Shown in pieces: positions 1 to 9,574 of a stretch of DNA of 64,000 bases. Below the pieces are notes generated by a model. The model did no database searches. It was not told where the DNA came from and saw nothing but the letters and a program-made list of their open reading frames with translations. The DNA is from an uncultured Luminiphilus sp. (GTDB lineage Bacteria; Pseudomonadota; Gammaproteobacteria; Pseudomonadales; Halieaceae), in the NCBI GenBank assembly GCA_943789425.1, contig CALSUB010000006.1, forward strand, positions 52,565 to 116,564, written 5' to 3'. The position numbers and the translations under genes are program-made. Each line of letters opens with the position of its first letter. Position 1 is the first letter of the stretch.

Positions 1-1729
1 ACGTGACCTTTCCTGACGCTTCTCTGTCGTCAATAATCGCGTGAACTTGATCTATCAGCTGTCGACCCGGCACCGAAAACCAATAACTGGTCTCCGCGTC
101 ACTGCTCGCGCCAAAGCTAAAATCAATGTCGAATGCCCCATCAAAAAAACCGCCTTCCTCGTCCCAATCTTCCTCCTCCGCATTGGACGGTTGCTCCACT
201 TCAATCGCAGTTGATACTTCAGGTGCCGACAGAATCACATCGAGAGGGATCGTCCCACCCAGTCGCGCATCGAGCAGCTCCATGCCTTGGTAGATTTCAG
301 TGTGCTCTTTAAAGTAATCGATAAATCGGTTTTCAACTTCGAGTGATCGAATGCCGAGACCCGAGACAATGATTAAAAAAACGGTCACTGCACTGACAAA
401 CACTCCATATCGCTGAACGATCAGCGCGAATTTTTGGGTGAACGGCGTGTCGGTGTGCTGCGACACTGCAGGACTCGTGTCCGGGATGATCACCATCAGT
501 GCGGGCACAAGTGTAAAAACGGTGCAAAACCCGATCACGATTCCAGTCGTCATCATCCAACCAAAGTCGATCACCGGCTGAAGACCCGCCACCACCAGTG
601 ACGTAAAGGCAACGATCGTGGTCATCGCAGTATATAAACACGGCACGAGCATCAATCTTGCCGCGCCCGACGCCAGCTCACGCCTCGACTCAGCAGGCTG
701 AGCGCGAAGCAGCTCTCGATAGCGAACCACCAAATGGATTGATAGTGAGAGTGTCACGATCAGCAGTACGGCCACCGAATTTGAGGAGATGACGGTCATG
801 CGCCAGTCGGTGGCAGCAAGCACTCCCAGCAACAAGGTGGCCGTAGTGCTGCATGCAGTCAAGGGAATCAATACCCATTTCCAGCTTCGGAAAATAATCC
901 ACATTGCGATCGCCATGACGAGCAAAATAGCAGAGCCAAAAGTCAATAAGTCCGATTGCACGAAGCTCAGCATATCGGCGGCAATCATCGGCACCCCCCC
1001 CACGAAGATGCTCGCATAGGGTTTAAACCGATCCGCCACACCGCGTACTGCCGTGACCAATCGGCCCCTCTCGTCTCCGAGCCTTGCCAGGGCAATGTCA
1101 TATTCCGCCTCGACTCGGGTCAAGCTGAGTGAGCCAGCCTCATCGAGCTCATCTGACAACGCCATCTGACGCAACGATTCTCGCCGGTCCAATAATGTTT
1201 CAGCCTCTTGATCAGCCTCTAATGAAACCAAAATCCCAGTAAGATCGCCCTCCTCACTGACGAGTAGATTGCGATAGAGCGAACTGGTAGTCAGCTCCGT
1301 CAGTGCTAACCGCCGATCAACCTCGGGATCACGAAGGGTAGGCATACTGTCGGCGCGAGCGAGATCAGTGAGAGACAGCGGTGGGCTTTCGAGTAACGGC
1401 ACATCCAGTAATGTGGTCACCCCCGAAACGCCCCGCAGCCGGCGCAGCTCGTCGACCATTGCGGTCAGGGGCTCGAGTGAATCAGGGGACAACAAAGGCG
1501 CATCAGGCTCCCAAGTCAGAATCAGAAACTCGCCCCCCGCATACTTTGCTGACGACTCGCGAAAATACGCAAGATCAGGGTCTCCCTGTAATAGTAGGGA
1601 GTCCGAGGACGCCTCTAATCGCAGGTTAGGTAATGCGACGACCGCGCTCCCGATGACTGCGATGACTGCAACCACGACTAGCCATGGCCGTCGAAGCAAC
1701 CTGTCATAGAACGTACTGACTAATTTCAT
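1..1729 (-). CDS. MMPL/RND-family transporter permease, runs off the left edge of the window
   Basis: Not in the ORF track because there is no stop in the window. Hand translation from ATG 1729 gives MKLVSTFYDRLLRRPWLVVVAVIAVIGSAVVALPNLRLEASSDSLLLQGDPDL...; the frame at the window edge (SYWFSVPGRQLIDQVH) matches. ATGA overlap with the mpl stop. Confidence 0.85.
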   Translation of the reverse strand, partial: MKLVSTFYDRLLRRPWLVVVAVIAVIGSAVVALPNLRLEASSDSLLLQGDPDLAYFRESSAKYAGGEFLILTWEPDAPLLSPDSLEPLTAMVDELRRLRGVSGVTTLLDVPLLESPPLSLTDLARADSMPTLRDPEVDRRLALTELTTSSLYRNLLVSEEGDLTGILVSLEADQEAETLLDRRESLRQMALSDELDEAGSLSLTRVEAEYDIALARLGDERGRLVTAVRGVADRFKPYASIFVGGVPMIAADMLSFVQSDLLTFGSAILLVMAIAMWIIFRSWKWVLIPLTACSTTATLLLGVLAATDWRMTVISSNSVAVLLIVTLSLSIHLVVRYRELLRAQPAESRRELASGAARLMLVPCLYTAMTTIVAFTSLVVAGLQPVIDFGWMMTTGIVIGFCTVFTLVPALMVIIPDTSPAVSQHTDTPFTQKFALIVQRYGVFVSAVTVFLIIVSGLGIRSLEVENRFIDYFKEHTEIYQGMELLDARLGGTIPLDVILSAPEVSTAIEVEQPSNAEEEDWDEEGGFFDGAFDIDFSFGASSDAETSYWFSVPGRQLIDQVHAIIDDREASGKVT

Positions 1730-3105
1730 GCGTAAACTTTATCCTCTAATGCCGCAATGAGTCGGGTATGCAACCCTTGAAAGCCACCATTACTCATGAC
1801 CACAATCTTGTCACCGGGATGCGCCAGCGCCAGTGCTCGATTGAGCAACGTATCAATGTCACTCACCACCTCTTGATGCTCATAGGCATTCAGCGCAGCC
1901 GAGAGATTCCAGTCTAGACCTGACGGCTCAAACCAGATGACATGATTAGCCTCTTGGGCAGCCGCGCCCAACTCTGTTCGATACTGCCCCAGGCGCATGG
2001 TGTTGGAGCGCGGCTCCACGAGCGCAATGAGCTTTCCCGATGATTGTTCGGCCCGCATGGCGCTCAAGGTTGCTGCGATGGCGGTGGGGTGGTGCGCAAA
2101 ATCATCAAATACCGCAATGTTATGGGGCGCTCCGAGCAGTTCTAATCTGCGCTTAATGCCTGCGAACGACGCCAAAGCGTTTACGGCATCAGCGGGATCA
2201 ACACCCACCTGCGCAGCCGCTGCCACCGCTGCGGTTGCATTGGCCGCATTATGTGCCCCGATCAGCGGCCACCTGAGTGGGTAAGCCTGCCCGTCAGGCG
2301 TCGTAATCATATAAACATTCTCAGACGTTGGGCCGGATCGCCACGACCACCCAGCAGTCGTCGTCTCGCTAGCAGCCGTCACAGTGCTGACCGCACTCCA
2401 GACGCCACGTGCCAAAACACGGTCAATCGCATCACCCTCGCCTCGAATGATGGCGCCATCGCCGGGAATACAGCGAATCAAATGATGGAATTGGGTCTCA
2501 ATCTCGGCCAGATCAGCGAAAATATCGGCGTGGTCGTATTCGAGATTATTGATAACGAGCGTGTCGGGTCGGTAGTGGACGAACTTAGAGCGCTTATCGA
2601 AAAAAGCCGAGTCATACTCGTCGGCCTCTACAACAAAATACCGACCCTCGCCCAATCGAGCCGATAGACCAAAATTCACCGGTACGCCGCCAATCAGAAA
2701 TCCGGGCGCCAATCCTGCTTGTTCCAGTATCCAAGCCAACATGCTCGCCGTACTGGTTTTGCCGTGAGTGCCTGCAACGGCCAATACCCATCGGTCTTTT
2801 AAAATATGCTGACCCAACCACTCAGGGCCAGAGGTGTAGTGCAAGTGTCGGTTTAGCATGCTCTCAATCGCTGAGTTGCCGCGCGACAGCGCATTGCCAA
2901 CGACAACACAATCGGGGGCTGGCTGTAATTGATCCGCATCATACCCATCCGTTACCGCAATACCGCTCTCAATGAGCTGAGTACTCATCGGCGGATAAAC
3001 ATTGGTGTCACTGCCCGACACGCGGTAGCCGCTGTCCCGTGCAAGCAGCGCTAAGCCCCCCATAAAGGTGCCACAGATGCCTAAAATGTGAACGTGATCA
3101 GCCAA
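1726..3105 (-). CDS. mpl: Murein peptide ligase (UDP-MurNAc:L-Ala-gamma-D-Glu-mDAP ligase)
   Basis: HILGICGTFMGGLA N-terminus, GTHGKTST P-loop, EADEYDSAFFDKRSKF, DDFAHHPTAI, MSNGGF; TTG start. Confidence 0.97.
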   Translation of the reverse strand: MADHVHILGICGTFMGGLALLARDSGYRVSGSDTNVYPPMSTQLIESGIAVTDGYDADQLQPAPDCVVVGNALSRGNSAIESMLNRHLHYTSGPEWLGQHILKDRWVLAVAGTHGKTSTASMLAWILEQAGLAPGFLIGGVPVNFGLSARLGEGRYFVVEADEYDSAFFDKRSKFVHYRPDTLVINNLEYDHADIFADLAEIETQFHHLIRCIPGDGAIIRGEGDAIDRVLARGVWSAVSTVTAASETTTAGWSWRSGPTSENVYMITTPDGQAYPLRWPLIGAHNAANATAAVAAAAQVGVDPADAVNALASFAGIKRRLELLGAPHNIAVFDDFAHHPTAIAATLSAMRAEQSSGKLIALVEPRSNTMRLGQYRTELGAAAQEANHVIWFEPSGLDWNLSAALNAYEHQEVVSDIDTLLNRALALAHPGDKIVVMSNGGFQGLHTRLIAALEDKVYA

Positions 3106-3209
3106 GCAACTTCTCCTTCAACTGGCCAGATTAGCATGCGCCGTTTGCCATTGCGCCGCGAGGGGTCTACCTTACGCCCCGTGTTCCACTCCCCCTCATT
3201 TCGTGAATC

Positions 3210-4469
3210 ATGACGCGACGCAATTTATTTTATGCCCAATCAGGGGGAGTCACCCCAGTTATTAACGCTTCCGCCGCCGCTGTCATTCAAACAGCGAGGG
3301 AACATCCCAAACGCATTGGCAAAGTCTTAGCAGGGCAAAATGGCATCCTGGGCGCTTTGCAAGAAAACCTGATCGATACATCGTGCGAAACCAAAGGATC
3401 GATCGAGGGGTTAATCCGTACTCCGGGAGGGGCCTTTGGTTCCTGTCGATACAAGTTGAAGAGCTTCGCAGAAAACCAAGCCGAATATGAGCGCCTGATC
3501 ACCGTTTTTAAGGCACATAACATCGGTTATTTTTTATATAACGGGGGTGGCGACTCCGCCGATACCTGCCTCAAGGTCTCTCAAATTAGCGAGCAGATGG
3601 GTTATCCCATACAGGCCATCCACGTCCCCAAAACCATCGATAACGACCTGCCACTGACAGACAACTGCCCAGGCTTTGGCTCAGTCGCTAAGTATGTGGC
3701 CATATCAACTCGAGAGGCGGCGTTGGATATCGAATCCATGTGTGCCACCTCCACTAAAGTTTTTATTCTTGAGGTCATGGGGCGCCACGCCGGCTGGATT
3801 GCCGGTGCAAGCAGCCTTGCCGCCACAGAGCGAGGGGATGCCCCGCACATTATTTTGTTTCCTGAAATCGCTTTCGACCAGACAAAATTCCTCAGTAAAG
3901 TCAGCGACTGCGTCAAACGCTTTGGGTATTGCGTCGTTGTCGCCTCTGAAGGGACCAGCACCGCAGATGGCAGGCTGCTCGCTGATCAAGGAGAAACCGA
4001 CGCGTTTGGCCACGCTCAACTTGGGGGCTTGGCACCGTTGCTGGCCAGCATGGTGAAAGAGCACCTAGGTTTTAAGTATCACTGGGCCGTAGCCGACTAT
4101 CTGCAGCGCGCCGCTCGTCATATTGCCAGTCAAACCGATGTCGATCAGGCGATTGCGCTCGGCCGAGCGGCGGTCGAACTTGCCTTAGAGGGCGCAAACG
4201 CCATCATGCCAACCATCGAGCGAAAGCCCGGCAAACAGTACCGATGGCGCATTGGCGCCGCGCCACTGCATCGCGTCGCCAATCGAGAGAAGAAAATGCC
4301 CCGTCGATTTATATCAAAAGATGGGTTTGCGGTGACTGCAGCAGGCAAAGCCTATTTTGAACCGCTGATCGCCGGCGAAGCTTACCCTGACTATCATCGC
4401 GGCATGCCACGCTACACACGCTTAAAGAAAGTATTGGTGCCCAAACGCTGCATACCCTGGCAGACATAG
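3210..4469 (+). CDS. pfp: 6-phosphofructokinase, likely PPi-dependent
   Basis: YAQSGG, GGGDS (Asp at the phosphoryl-donor specificity position), PKTIDND, EVMGRHAGW. Confidence 0.9.
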   Translation: MTRRNLFYAQSGGVTPVINASAAAVIQTAREHPKRIGKVLAGQNGILGALQENLIDTSCETKGSIEGLIRTPGGAFGSCRYKLKSFAENQAEYERLITVFKAHNIGYFLYNGGGDSADTCLKVSQISEQMGYPIQAIHVPKTIDNDLPLTDNCPGFGSVAKYVAISTREAALDIESMCATSTKVFILEVMGRHAGWIAGASSLAATERGDAPHIILFPEIAFDQTKFLSKVSDCVKRFGYCVVVASEGTSTADGRLLADQGETDAFGHAQLGGLAPLLASMVKEHLGFKYHWAVADYLQRAARHIASQTDVDQAIALGRAAVELALEGANAIMPTIERKPGKQYRWRIGAAPLHRVANREKKMPRRFISKDGFAVTAAGKAYFEPLIAGEAYPDYHRGMPRYTRLKKVLVPKRCIPWQT

Positions 4470-4509
4470 CGCCTTAACACACGGTGAGGCGCACGCAACG
4501 AGCTCGCGC

Positions 4510-5199
4510 CTAGGTCGGCAAGACGTATCGCTTAAAAATAGCCTCTGCGTCCGTCTCCAACAGAGACACCATTTGCAACGGAGCGTGGCACTGGCCCGCT
4601 GGATCAGCATCGCCACGCCACAGCGGAAGACACTGGCTCAGTGATAATTGCCGAAAGTAGCCCTGTGCCACCGGTCGATAACTGATATGCCAGGGTTCAG
4701 GCGCAACACCGCCGCGATCAACGTCATACGGTTTATAAAAACCTTCCGCGTTATCAGCCGAGATCTGATCATCCAACCAGGCACTCATCTCAGCAAAAAC
4801 GCCTCCTTGCTGATATTCGCTGGTGAGCAGCTGCGGCGCATAACCATCAGTCACGGTTGAACGATCCCAAATATCAAAATCCGTGCCCCAGTGATGCCGA
4901 GACGTGCCCGGCAATGCAGAAAAACGCAGGATCGCAGCAAGCCAGTCAGTATCCGATAGCGCTTCGCGATGCAGACCCACCCCCCCCTCGTCCACGACGG
5001 GGCGATGACCCAGCCACTTAGCATTCACAATGTCTGATTGGCGACCGTAGCTCCGGAAAGCAGACGCTACCCGCAGATCAAACCCCTCGGTTGCCGCTCG
5101 CCTACTGAGCGCAGTGAAGGCATTGACTGCGCTTTGATGCGCCCACATCCCCGCCGCGAATTCAGACAAGCCCTCGCGAGAAAGGCCCAACACTGTCAA
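4510..5199 (-). CDS. M15 family D-Ala-D-Ala carboxypeptidase (VanY-like metallopeptidase)
   Basis: SAFRS, PGTSRHHWGTDFD and EPWH zinc-peptidase motifs. Confidence 0.9.
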   Translation of the reverse strand: MTVLGLSREGLSEFAAGMWAHQSAVNAFTALSRRAATEGFDLRVASAFRSYGRQSDIVNAKWLGHRPVVDEGGVGLHREALSDTDWLAAILRFSALPGTSRHHWGTDFDIWDRSTVTDGYAPQLLTSEYQQGGVFAEMSAWLDDQISADNAEGFYKPYDVDRGGVAPEPWHISYRPVAQGYFRQLSLSQCLPLWRGDADPAGQCHAPLQMVSLLETDAEAIFKRYVLPT

Positions 5200-5915
5200 T
5201 GCGTCAAGAATGATGGATTTTCTCCGATATATTGTGCCCTTAGCGGGTAGATTCCCTGCAGGTTGATCTCATTGAACAACAGGTATACCTCCAGACCCTC
5301 CGCCATCGCTTGCGCCATGTGCCCCGCATAGGCTGGGTCGACTTGCTCGGCAGGCGCCACGCTCGTGATTGCTTCATGCATCACACAAAAAACCAGTGCG
5401 GCACGATGCCCCCTGTGAATGGCCGCCACCAGTTCAGTTAGATGCTTACTGGCGCGAGTGCTGACCGCATCAGGAAACGCGCCCTTTCCCGCACTAACAT
5501 GCCATGTCACCGACTTCACCTCGATATAGATACCGCTCCCGCTATCAACGAAAAAATCCGCCCTAGATCGATCAGCTAACCTCACCTCAGATTGTAGAGA
5601 CGCACCACTGGGCATCAAGTCGAGTAGGAGCCCTTTCTGCAATGCTTCGGCGACAACGCGATTCGCCATGGCCGCATGAATACAAGCCAACCCCGTTTCG
5701 GTCTGCACCAGCTCCCAAGTCCAAGTCAATTTACGCGCTGGCTTTGGATGAAAGGACAACCAGACCGCCGCATCGGCCGGCTGGCACCCTGTCATGGCGC
5801 CCGTATTGGGACAATGAGCACACACCAGCTCCTCACCCCCAGCCAAGACCACATCGGCTAAGAAGCGTTTATAACGTCGACGCAAGGCTCCCTTGGTAAG
5901 CGGCGGGAAGTCCAT
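5196..5915 (-). CDS. sfsA: DNA/RNA nuclease SfsA (sugar fermentation stimulation protein)
   Basis: RRYKRFLADV, HCPNTGAMTG, EVKSVT, FPDAVSTRASKHL; start moved to ATG 5915 (MDFPPL). Confidence 0.95.
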   Translation of the reverse strand: MDFPPLTKGALRRRYKRFLADVVLAGGEELVCAHCPNTGAMTGCQPADAAVWLSFHPKPARKLTWTWELVQTETGLACIHAAMANRVVAEALQKGLLLDLMPSGASLQSEVRLADRSRADFFVDSGSGIYIEVKSVTWHVSAGKGAFPDAVSTRASKHLTELVAAIHRGHRAALVFCVMHEAITSVAPAEQVDPAYAGHMAQAMAEGLEVYLLFNEINLQGIYPLRAQYIGENPSFLTH

Positions 5916-5994
5916 AAAAACGCCTCCGGTCAGCGAAATGACAGCACGCAGCCTTGCCGACAAGCGCTAATCACTAGGCCTGTGCAATCTATGC

Positions 5995-6031
5995 TGGCAC
6001 GAAGGGCACAGATCTGGTAGTTTCCCCGCCC
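5995..6031 (+). promoter_or_regulatory. Putative sigma70 promoter of dksA with GC-rich discriminator
   Basis: TGGCAC-N17-TAGTTT with extended -10 TG, followed by CCCCGCCC. Confidence 0.45.
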
Positions 6032-6083
6032 CAAATAGGCATGACAAAGTCTGTTGTGCTACTTTACGAGGAATCGCACCACT

Positions 6084-7100
6084 ATGGCCAGTCGCAAATC
6101 AGCCAGCGCAAAAGCCAAAGGCGCAGCACCTAAGAAAAAAGCACCCGCTAAAAAGGCACCTGCCAAAAAGAAAGTCGTCGCTAAAAAAGCGCCCGCTAAA
6201 AAAGCACCTGCCAAAAAGAAAGCCGTCGCTAAAAAAGCGCCCGCTAAAAAAGCACCTGCCAAAAAGAAAGCCGTCGCTAAAAAAGCGCCCGCTAAAAAAG
6301 CACCTGCCAAAAAGAAAGCCGTCGCTAAAAAAGCGCCCGCCAAAAAAGCACCTGCTAAAAAGAAAGCCGTCGCTAAAAAAGCGCCCGCCAAAAAAGCACC
6401 TGCTAAAAAGAAAGCCGTCGCTAAAAAAGCGCCCGCCAAAAAAGCACCTGCTAAAAAGAAAGCCGTCGCTAAAAAAGCGCCCGCCAAAAAAGCACCTGCC
6501 AAAAAGAAAGCCGTCGCTAAAAAAGCGCCCGCCAAAAAAGCACCTGCCAAAAAGAAAGCCGTCGCTAAAAAAGCGCCCGCCAAAAAAGCACCTGCCAAAA
6601 AGAAAGCCGTCGCTAAAAAAGCGCCCGCCAAAAAACCTGGCGCGCGGGGGCAGGGTCCAAAAGTAGCGAGGGCAGTCGGCGCACTTCAAAAGTTCGACGA
6701 TTTTAAGCCAGTCAAGCCAAGTCGTAGCGAGAGCTACATGAACGATGAGCAAATCGAGCATTTCCGAGGCCTGTTGCTTCAATGGCGGGGAGAACTGGTA
6801 GACGAGGTGTCGCGAACCGTTACGCACATGAAAGACGAGGCTTCCAATTTTCCTGATCCTGCTGATAGGGCCACGCAAGAAGAAGAATTTAGCCTTGAGC
6901 TCCGGACTCGCGATCGCGAACGAAAATTAATTAAGAAAATCGACACGACCCTAGAAAATTTACAAAATGACGACTATGGGTACTGCGATGCGTGTGGCGT
7001 TGAGATTGGCGTTCAGCGACTTGAGGTTCGGCCCACTGCCACTCTCTGCATCGACTGCAAAACGCTTTCTGAAATTAAAGAGCGTCAGGAATTGGGTTGA
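6084..7100 (+). CDS. dksA: RNA polymerase-binding factor DksA with long Lys/Ala/Pro-rich N-terminal extension
   Basis: C-terminal part has [24 protein letters not shown] (DxxDxA coiled-coil tip) and the CDAC...CIDC zinc finger; gluQ follows directly; ATG 6084 preferred as start. Confidence 0.97.
   Translation: MASRKSASAKAKGAAPKKKAPAKKAPAKKKVVAKKAPAKKAPAKKKAVAKKAPAKKAPAKKKAVAKKAPAKKAPAKKKAVAKKAPAKKAPAKKKAVAKKAPAKKAPAKKKAVAKKAPAKKAPAKKKAVAKKAPAKKAPAKKKAVAKKAPAKKAPAKKKAVAKKAPAKKAPAKKKAVAKKAPAKKPGARGQGPKVARAVGALQKFDDFKPVKPSRSESYMNDEQIEHFRGLLLQWRGELVDEVSRTVTHMKDEASNFPDPADRATQEEEFSLELRTRDRERKLIKKIDTTLENLQNDDYGYCDACGVEIGVQRLEVRPTATLCIDCKTLSEIKERQELG
6133..6637 (+). repeat. 48-bp coding tandem repeat, about 10.5 copies, encoding [16 protein letters not shown]
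   Basis: Directly visible; unit gctaaaaaagcgcccgcYaaaaaagcacctgcYaaaaagaaagccgtc. Confidence 0.97.
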
Positions 7101-7984
7101 CGGCGCCTGTCACCAAGGCCGCCCCTCCGACGTACCGGGGCCGCTTTGCCCCCTCCCCCACAGGCCCGCTGCATATGGGGTCCCTTTACACTGCGCTAGC
7201 GAGTTTTTTAGACGCTAGACATCATCTCGGTTCTTGGCAACTCAGGATCGACGACATTGACCCGCCGCGCGCGGTAATCGGAAGCGTTGAACGCATTCTC
7301 TCGGGCCTCAAGGCACATGGGCTGCTTTGGGATGGCGAGGTCGTTTATCAATCCCAATCCGCGGATGCCTTTGAGCGCGCAATAAGGGAACTTGGACAGT
7401 CTGGGCGTCTTTTCCGATGTCGCTGTACGCGCGCCGACCTCAAGAAAACGGGTTCTTGCGGCCAGGTATGTGTCACCCAACAGCATACCGATGATGCCCC
7501 TCATAGCCTCAGAGTCTCAGTTGATCGATCACTGCTCACTGCCTTTGAGGACAGCTTCCTCGGACCGCAAACCATCACCGTCGAAGCACTCCCCGAGGAT
7601 TTCATCGTCAAGCGCCGTGATGGCCTGTTCGCTTACCAACTGGCAGCCGCGGTCGATGATGCGCAACCGAACTTCACTCACATCGTGCGCGGGAAAGACC
7701 TCCTCGACTCTACTCATCGTCAGCGCTGGCTGCACGCCATTCTGGGACTTAGCTCGCCGCAATACGCGCATGTCGCGCTGCTGCATGGCACTGACGGCAA
7801 CAAACTGAGCAAGCAAAATGGCGCGCCTGAGGTCGATCTGAGTCAAACAGCGGATAATCTCCGTCAATGCCTAATGCTACTTCAGCAAGCACCACCGCCA
7901 GCATCTGCACGCAACCCTCAAGCGATTCTGGAGCACGCTACCGCCAACTGGGCCCCACCACTGCATCTCAGCCAACATCCATAA
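7097..7984 (+). CDS. gluQ: Glutamyl-queuosine tRNA(Asp) synthetase
   Basis: [46 protein letters not shown]; downstream of dksA with TTGA overlap. Confidence 0.95.
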   Translation: MTAPVTKAAPPTYRGRFAPSPTGPLHMGSLYTALASFLDARHHLGSWQLRIDDIDPPRAVIGSVERILSGLKAHGLLWDGEVVYQSQSADAFERAIRELGQSGRLFRCRCTRADLKKTGSCGQVCVTQQHTDDAPHSLRVSVDRSLLTAFEDSFLGPQTITVEALPEDFIVKRRDGLFAYQLAAAVDDAQPNFTHIVRGKDLLDSTHRQRWLHAILGLSSPQYAHVALLHGTDGNKLSKQNGAPEVDLSQTADNLRQCLMLLQQAPPPASARNPQAILEHATANWAPPLHLSQHP

Positions 7985-8057
7985 GTGTTACTTTTTCACT
8001 CGCAAGGTGATACCTGATCGGTAACATAGGCTGACCGATCACCATCTGAGTGGATCT

Positions 8058-9437
8058 ATGCATATTCGGTTACTAGAAGATGATCCGGCGCTGCGCGAGG
8101 CATTAGTGGTGGCGCTCTCTGACTGCAGCGTCGCGGTGATGCCTGAGCACTCACCAGAGTCAGAGGAGGATCGTCACCGGCGACCAGACTGTGAGCTGGT
8201 TGTGCTGGGCCATCATCACGAAGCGAATCAATTGACCTCGCTAACTCGGGCGCTGTGGCCAACACCCGTGATCATCTTGCTGAGCGAGCCTTCCACGGCC
8301 CGGGTCGTCGAAGCAATGCGAGCAGGTGCCACAAACGTGCTGGATCGCGCTATGGATGCCTGCCTCATCGCGCAGTCAGTGCGAGCAACCTGTGAAGCCC
8401 AGCAAACCCAGCTGGGCGCAAGTAGAGGGCAACACTATTTTTATCCTGAGAACTGTCGCGCTATGCACGACCTGCAGGCATCGATTCATCGTATTGGCAA
8501 AACCGACTCGACCGCTTTAATCGTAGGGGAAACGGGCACCGGCAAAGAATTAGTCGCACTACAACTGCACGCAGCCAGTGCGCGCCAAGATCAAAACATG
8601 ATCACGGTCAACTGCGCCGCCATCCCCGAAACACTGATTGAATCAGAGCTCTTTGGCTATGAAAAAGGCGCCTTCACGGGTGCGACCAGCAACAGGATGG
8701 GCCTGATCGAAGCCGCGCATAACAGCACATTATTTCTCGATGAGATTGGAGAACTGCCGCTGGCCGCACAGGCCAGATTACTGAGATTTATCCAAGAAGG
8801 TGAAATTCGCCGCATTGGCGCCATCAAAAGCACAAAGGTGGATATCCGACTCATTTGCGCGACGCATCGCCGCTTAGATGAACTCGCGCAAAGCAACTTA
8901 TTTCGCCAAGACCTCTACTATCGGATCAATGTTTTGCGGCTAGACATCCCCCCGTTGCGGCAAAGAGGTAACGATATCACCGCCATGGCTAATTGGTTCG
9001 CTACTCAGCTGGCGGATAAGCTGGGCATGCCGCCTCGTGCATTTTCGAAAGAGAGTCTGGAACTGATTGCTCACCACACCTGGCCCGGTAACGTCAGAGA
9101 ACTACAAAATGCGGTAGAACGTGCCCTGATCATGTGTGACGACTCGCTTTTAGCGCTTGATCTACCCGTTGGCATTGCCCCGCCTGAGGGCACAATCCCG
9201 CCTGGGAGCACCATCCCACCTGATCGCGCATCCGAGAAGCCAATCGACGATTCGGCCGATGAGTTGTCCCTAGAGGATTACTTCCAGCGGTTTGTATTGC
9301 TGCATCAAGACGCCATGAACGAGACAGAACTCGCGCAAAAGCTAGGCATCAGCCGCAAATCCTTGTGGGAGCGACGGCAGCGTTTCGGCATGCCCCGCAC
9401 TAAGCCTAGGGCAGAGGACTCAGCCCCATCGGACTGA
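8058..9437 (+). CDS. cbrB: Sigma54-dependent activator, CbrB orthologue with degenerate receiver domain
   Basis: GETGTGKE Walker A, ESELFGYEKGAFTGA, FLDEIGE; C-terminal LSLEDYFQRFVL..Q..MNETELAQKLGISRKSLWERRQR matches the recalled Pseudomonas CbrB HTH; lies between gluQ and pcnB. Confidence 0.88.
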   Translation: MHIRLLEDDPALREALVVALSDCSVAVMPEHSPESEEDRHRRPDCELVVLGHHHEANQLTSLTRALWPTPVIILLSEPSTARVVEAMRAGATNVLDRAMDACLIAQSVRATCEAQQTQLGASRGQHYFYPENCRAMHDLQASIHRIGKTDSTALIVGETGTGKELVALQLHAASARQDQNMITVNCAAIPETLIESELFGYEKGAFTGATSNRMGLIEAAHNSTLFLDEIGELPLAAQARLLRFIQEGEIRRIGAIKSTKVDIRLICATHRRLDELAQSNLFRQDLYYRINVLRLDIPPLRQRGNDITAMANWFATQLADKLGMPPRAFSKESLELIAHHTWPGNVRELQNAVERALIMCDDSLLALDLPVGIAPPEGTIPPGSTIPPDRASEKPIDDSADELSLEDYFQRFVLLHQDAMNETELAQKLGISRKSLWERRQRFGMPRTKPRAEDSAPSD

Positions 9438-9447
9438 ATGCAATTTT

Positions 9448-9507
9448 GTAACACCCCAGTGCACTTCTGTAACACTTTCTGCGAGGCGCTGCGCGCGTGA
9501 CCGTTAC
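9448..9507 (+). promoter_or_regulatory. Candidate CbrB upstream activating subsites
   Basis: GTAACA at 9448-9453 and 9469-9474, CGTTAC at 9502-9507; TGTTAC/GTAACA is the reported CbrB subsite upstream of Pseudomonas crcZ. Confidence 0.7.
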
Positions 9508-9548
9508 ACAAAATATTATCCCCATGTTTTTTATGGTTTTTTCCATGC

Positions 9549-9564
9549 TGGCACAATACCTGCT
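9549..9564 (+). promoter_or_regulatory. Sigma54 -24/-12 promoter
   Basis: TGGCAC-AATAC-CTGCT with correct GG-N10-GC spacing, preceded by an A/T-rich tract (9509-9542) compatible with IHF bending. Confidence 0.85.
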
Positions 9565-9574
9565 CCCTATTCAT

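Noticed and set aside
5995-6010. TGGCAC upstream of dksA as a sigma54 promoter
   Set aside because: The downstream GC is not at GG-N10-GC spacing; it fits a sigma70 -35 better.
6133-6637. Repeat array considered as a CRISPR array
   Set aside because: Units are contiguous with no unique spacers, are in-frame coding, and no cas genes are nearby.
6059-6878. Long antisense ORFs with repetitive hydrophobic sequence ([11 protein letters not shown] / [10 protein letters not shown])
   Set aside because: Shadows of the stop-free dksA repeat; no independent evidence of coding.
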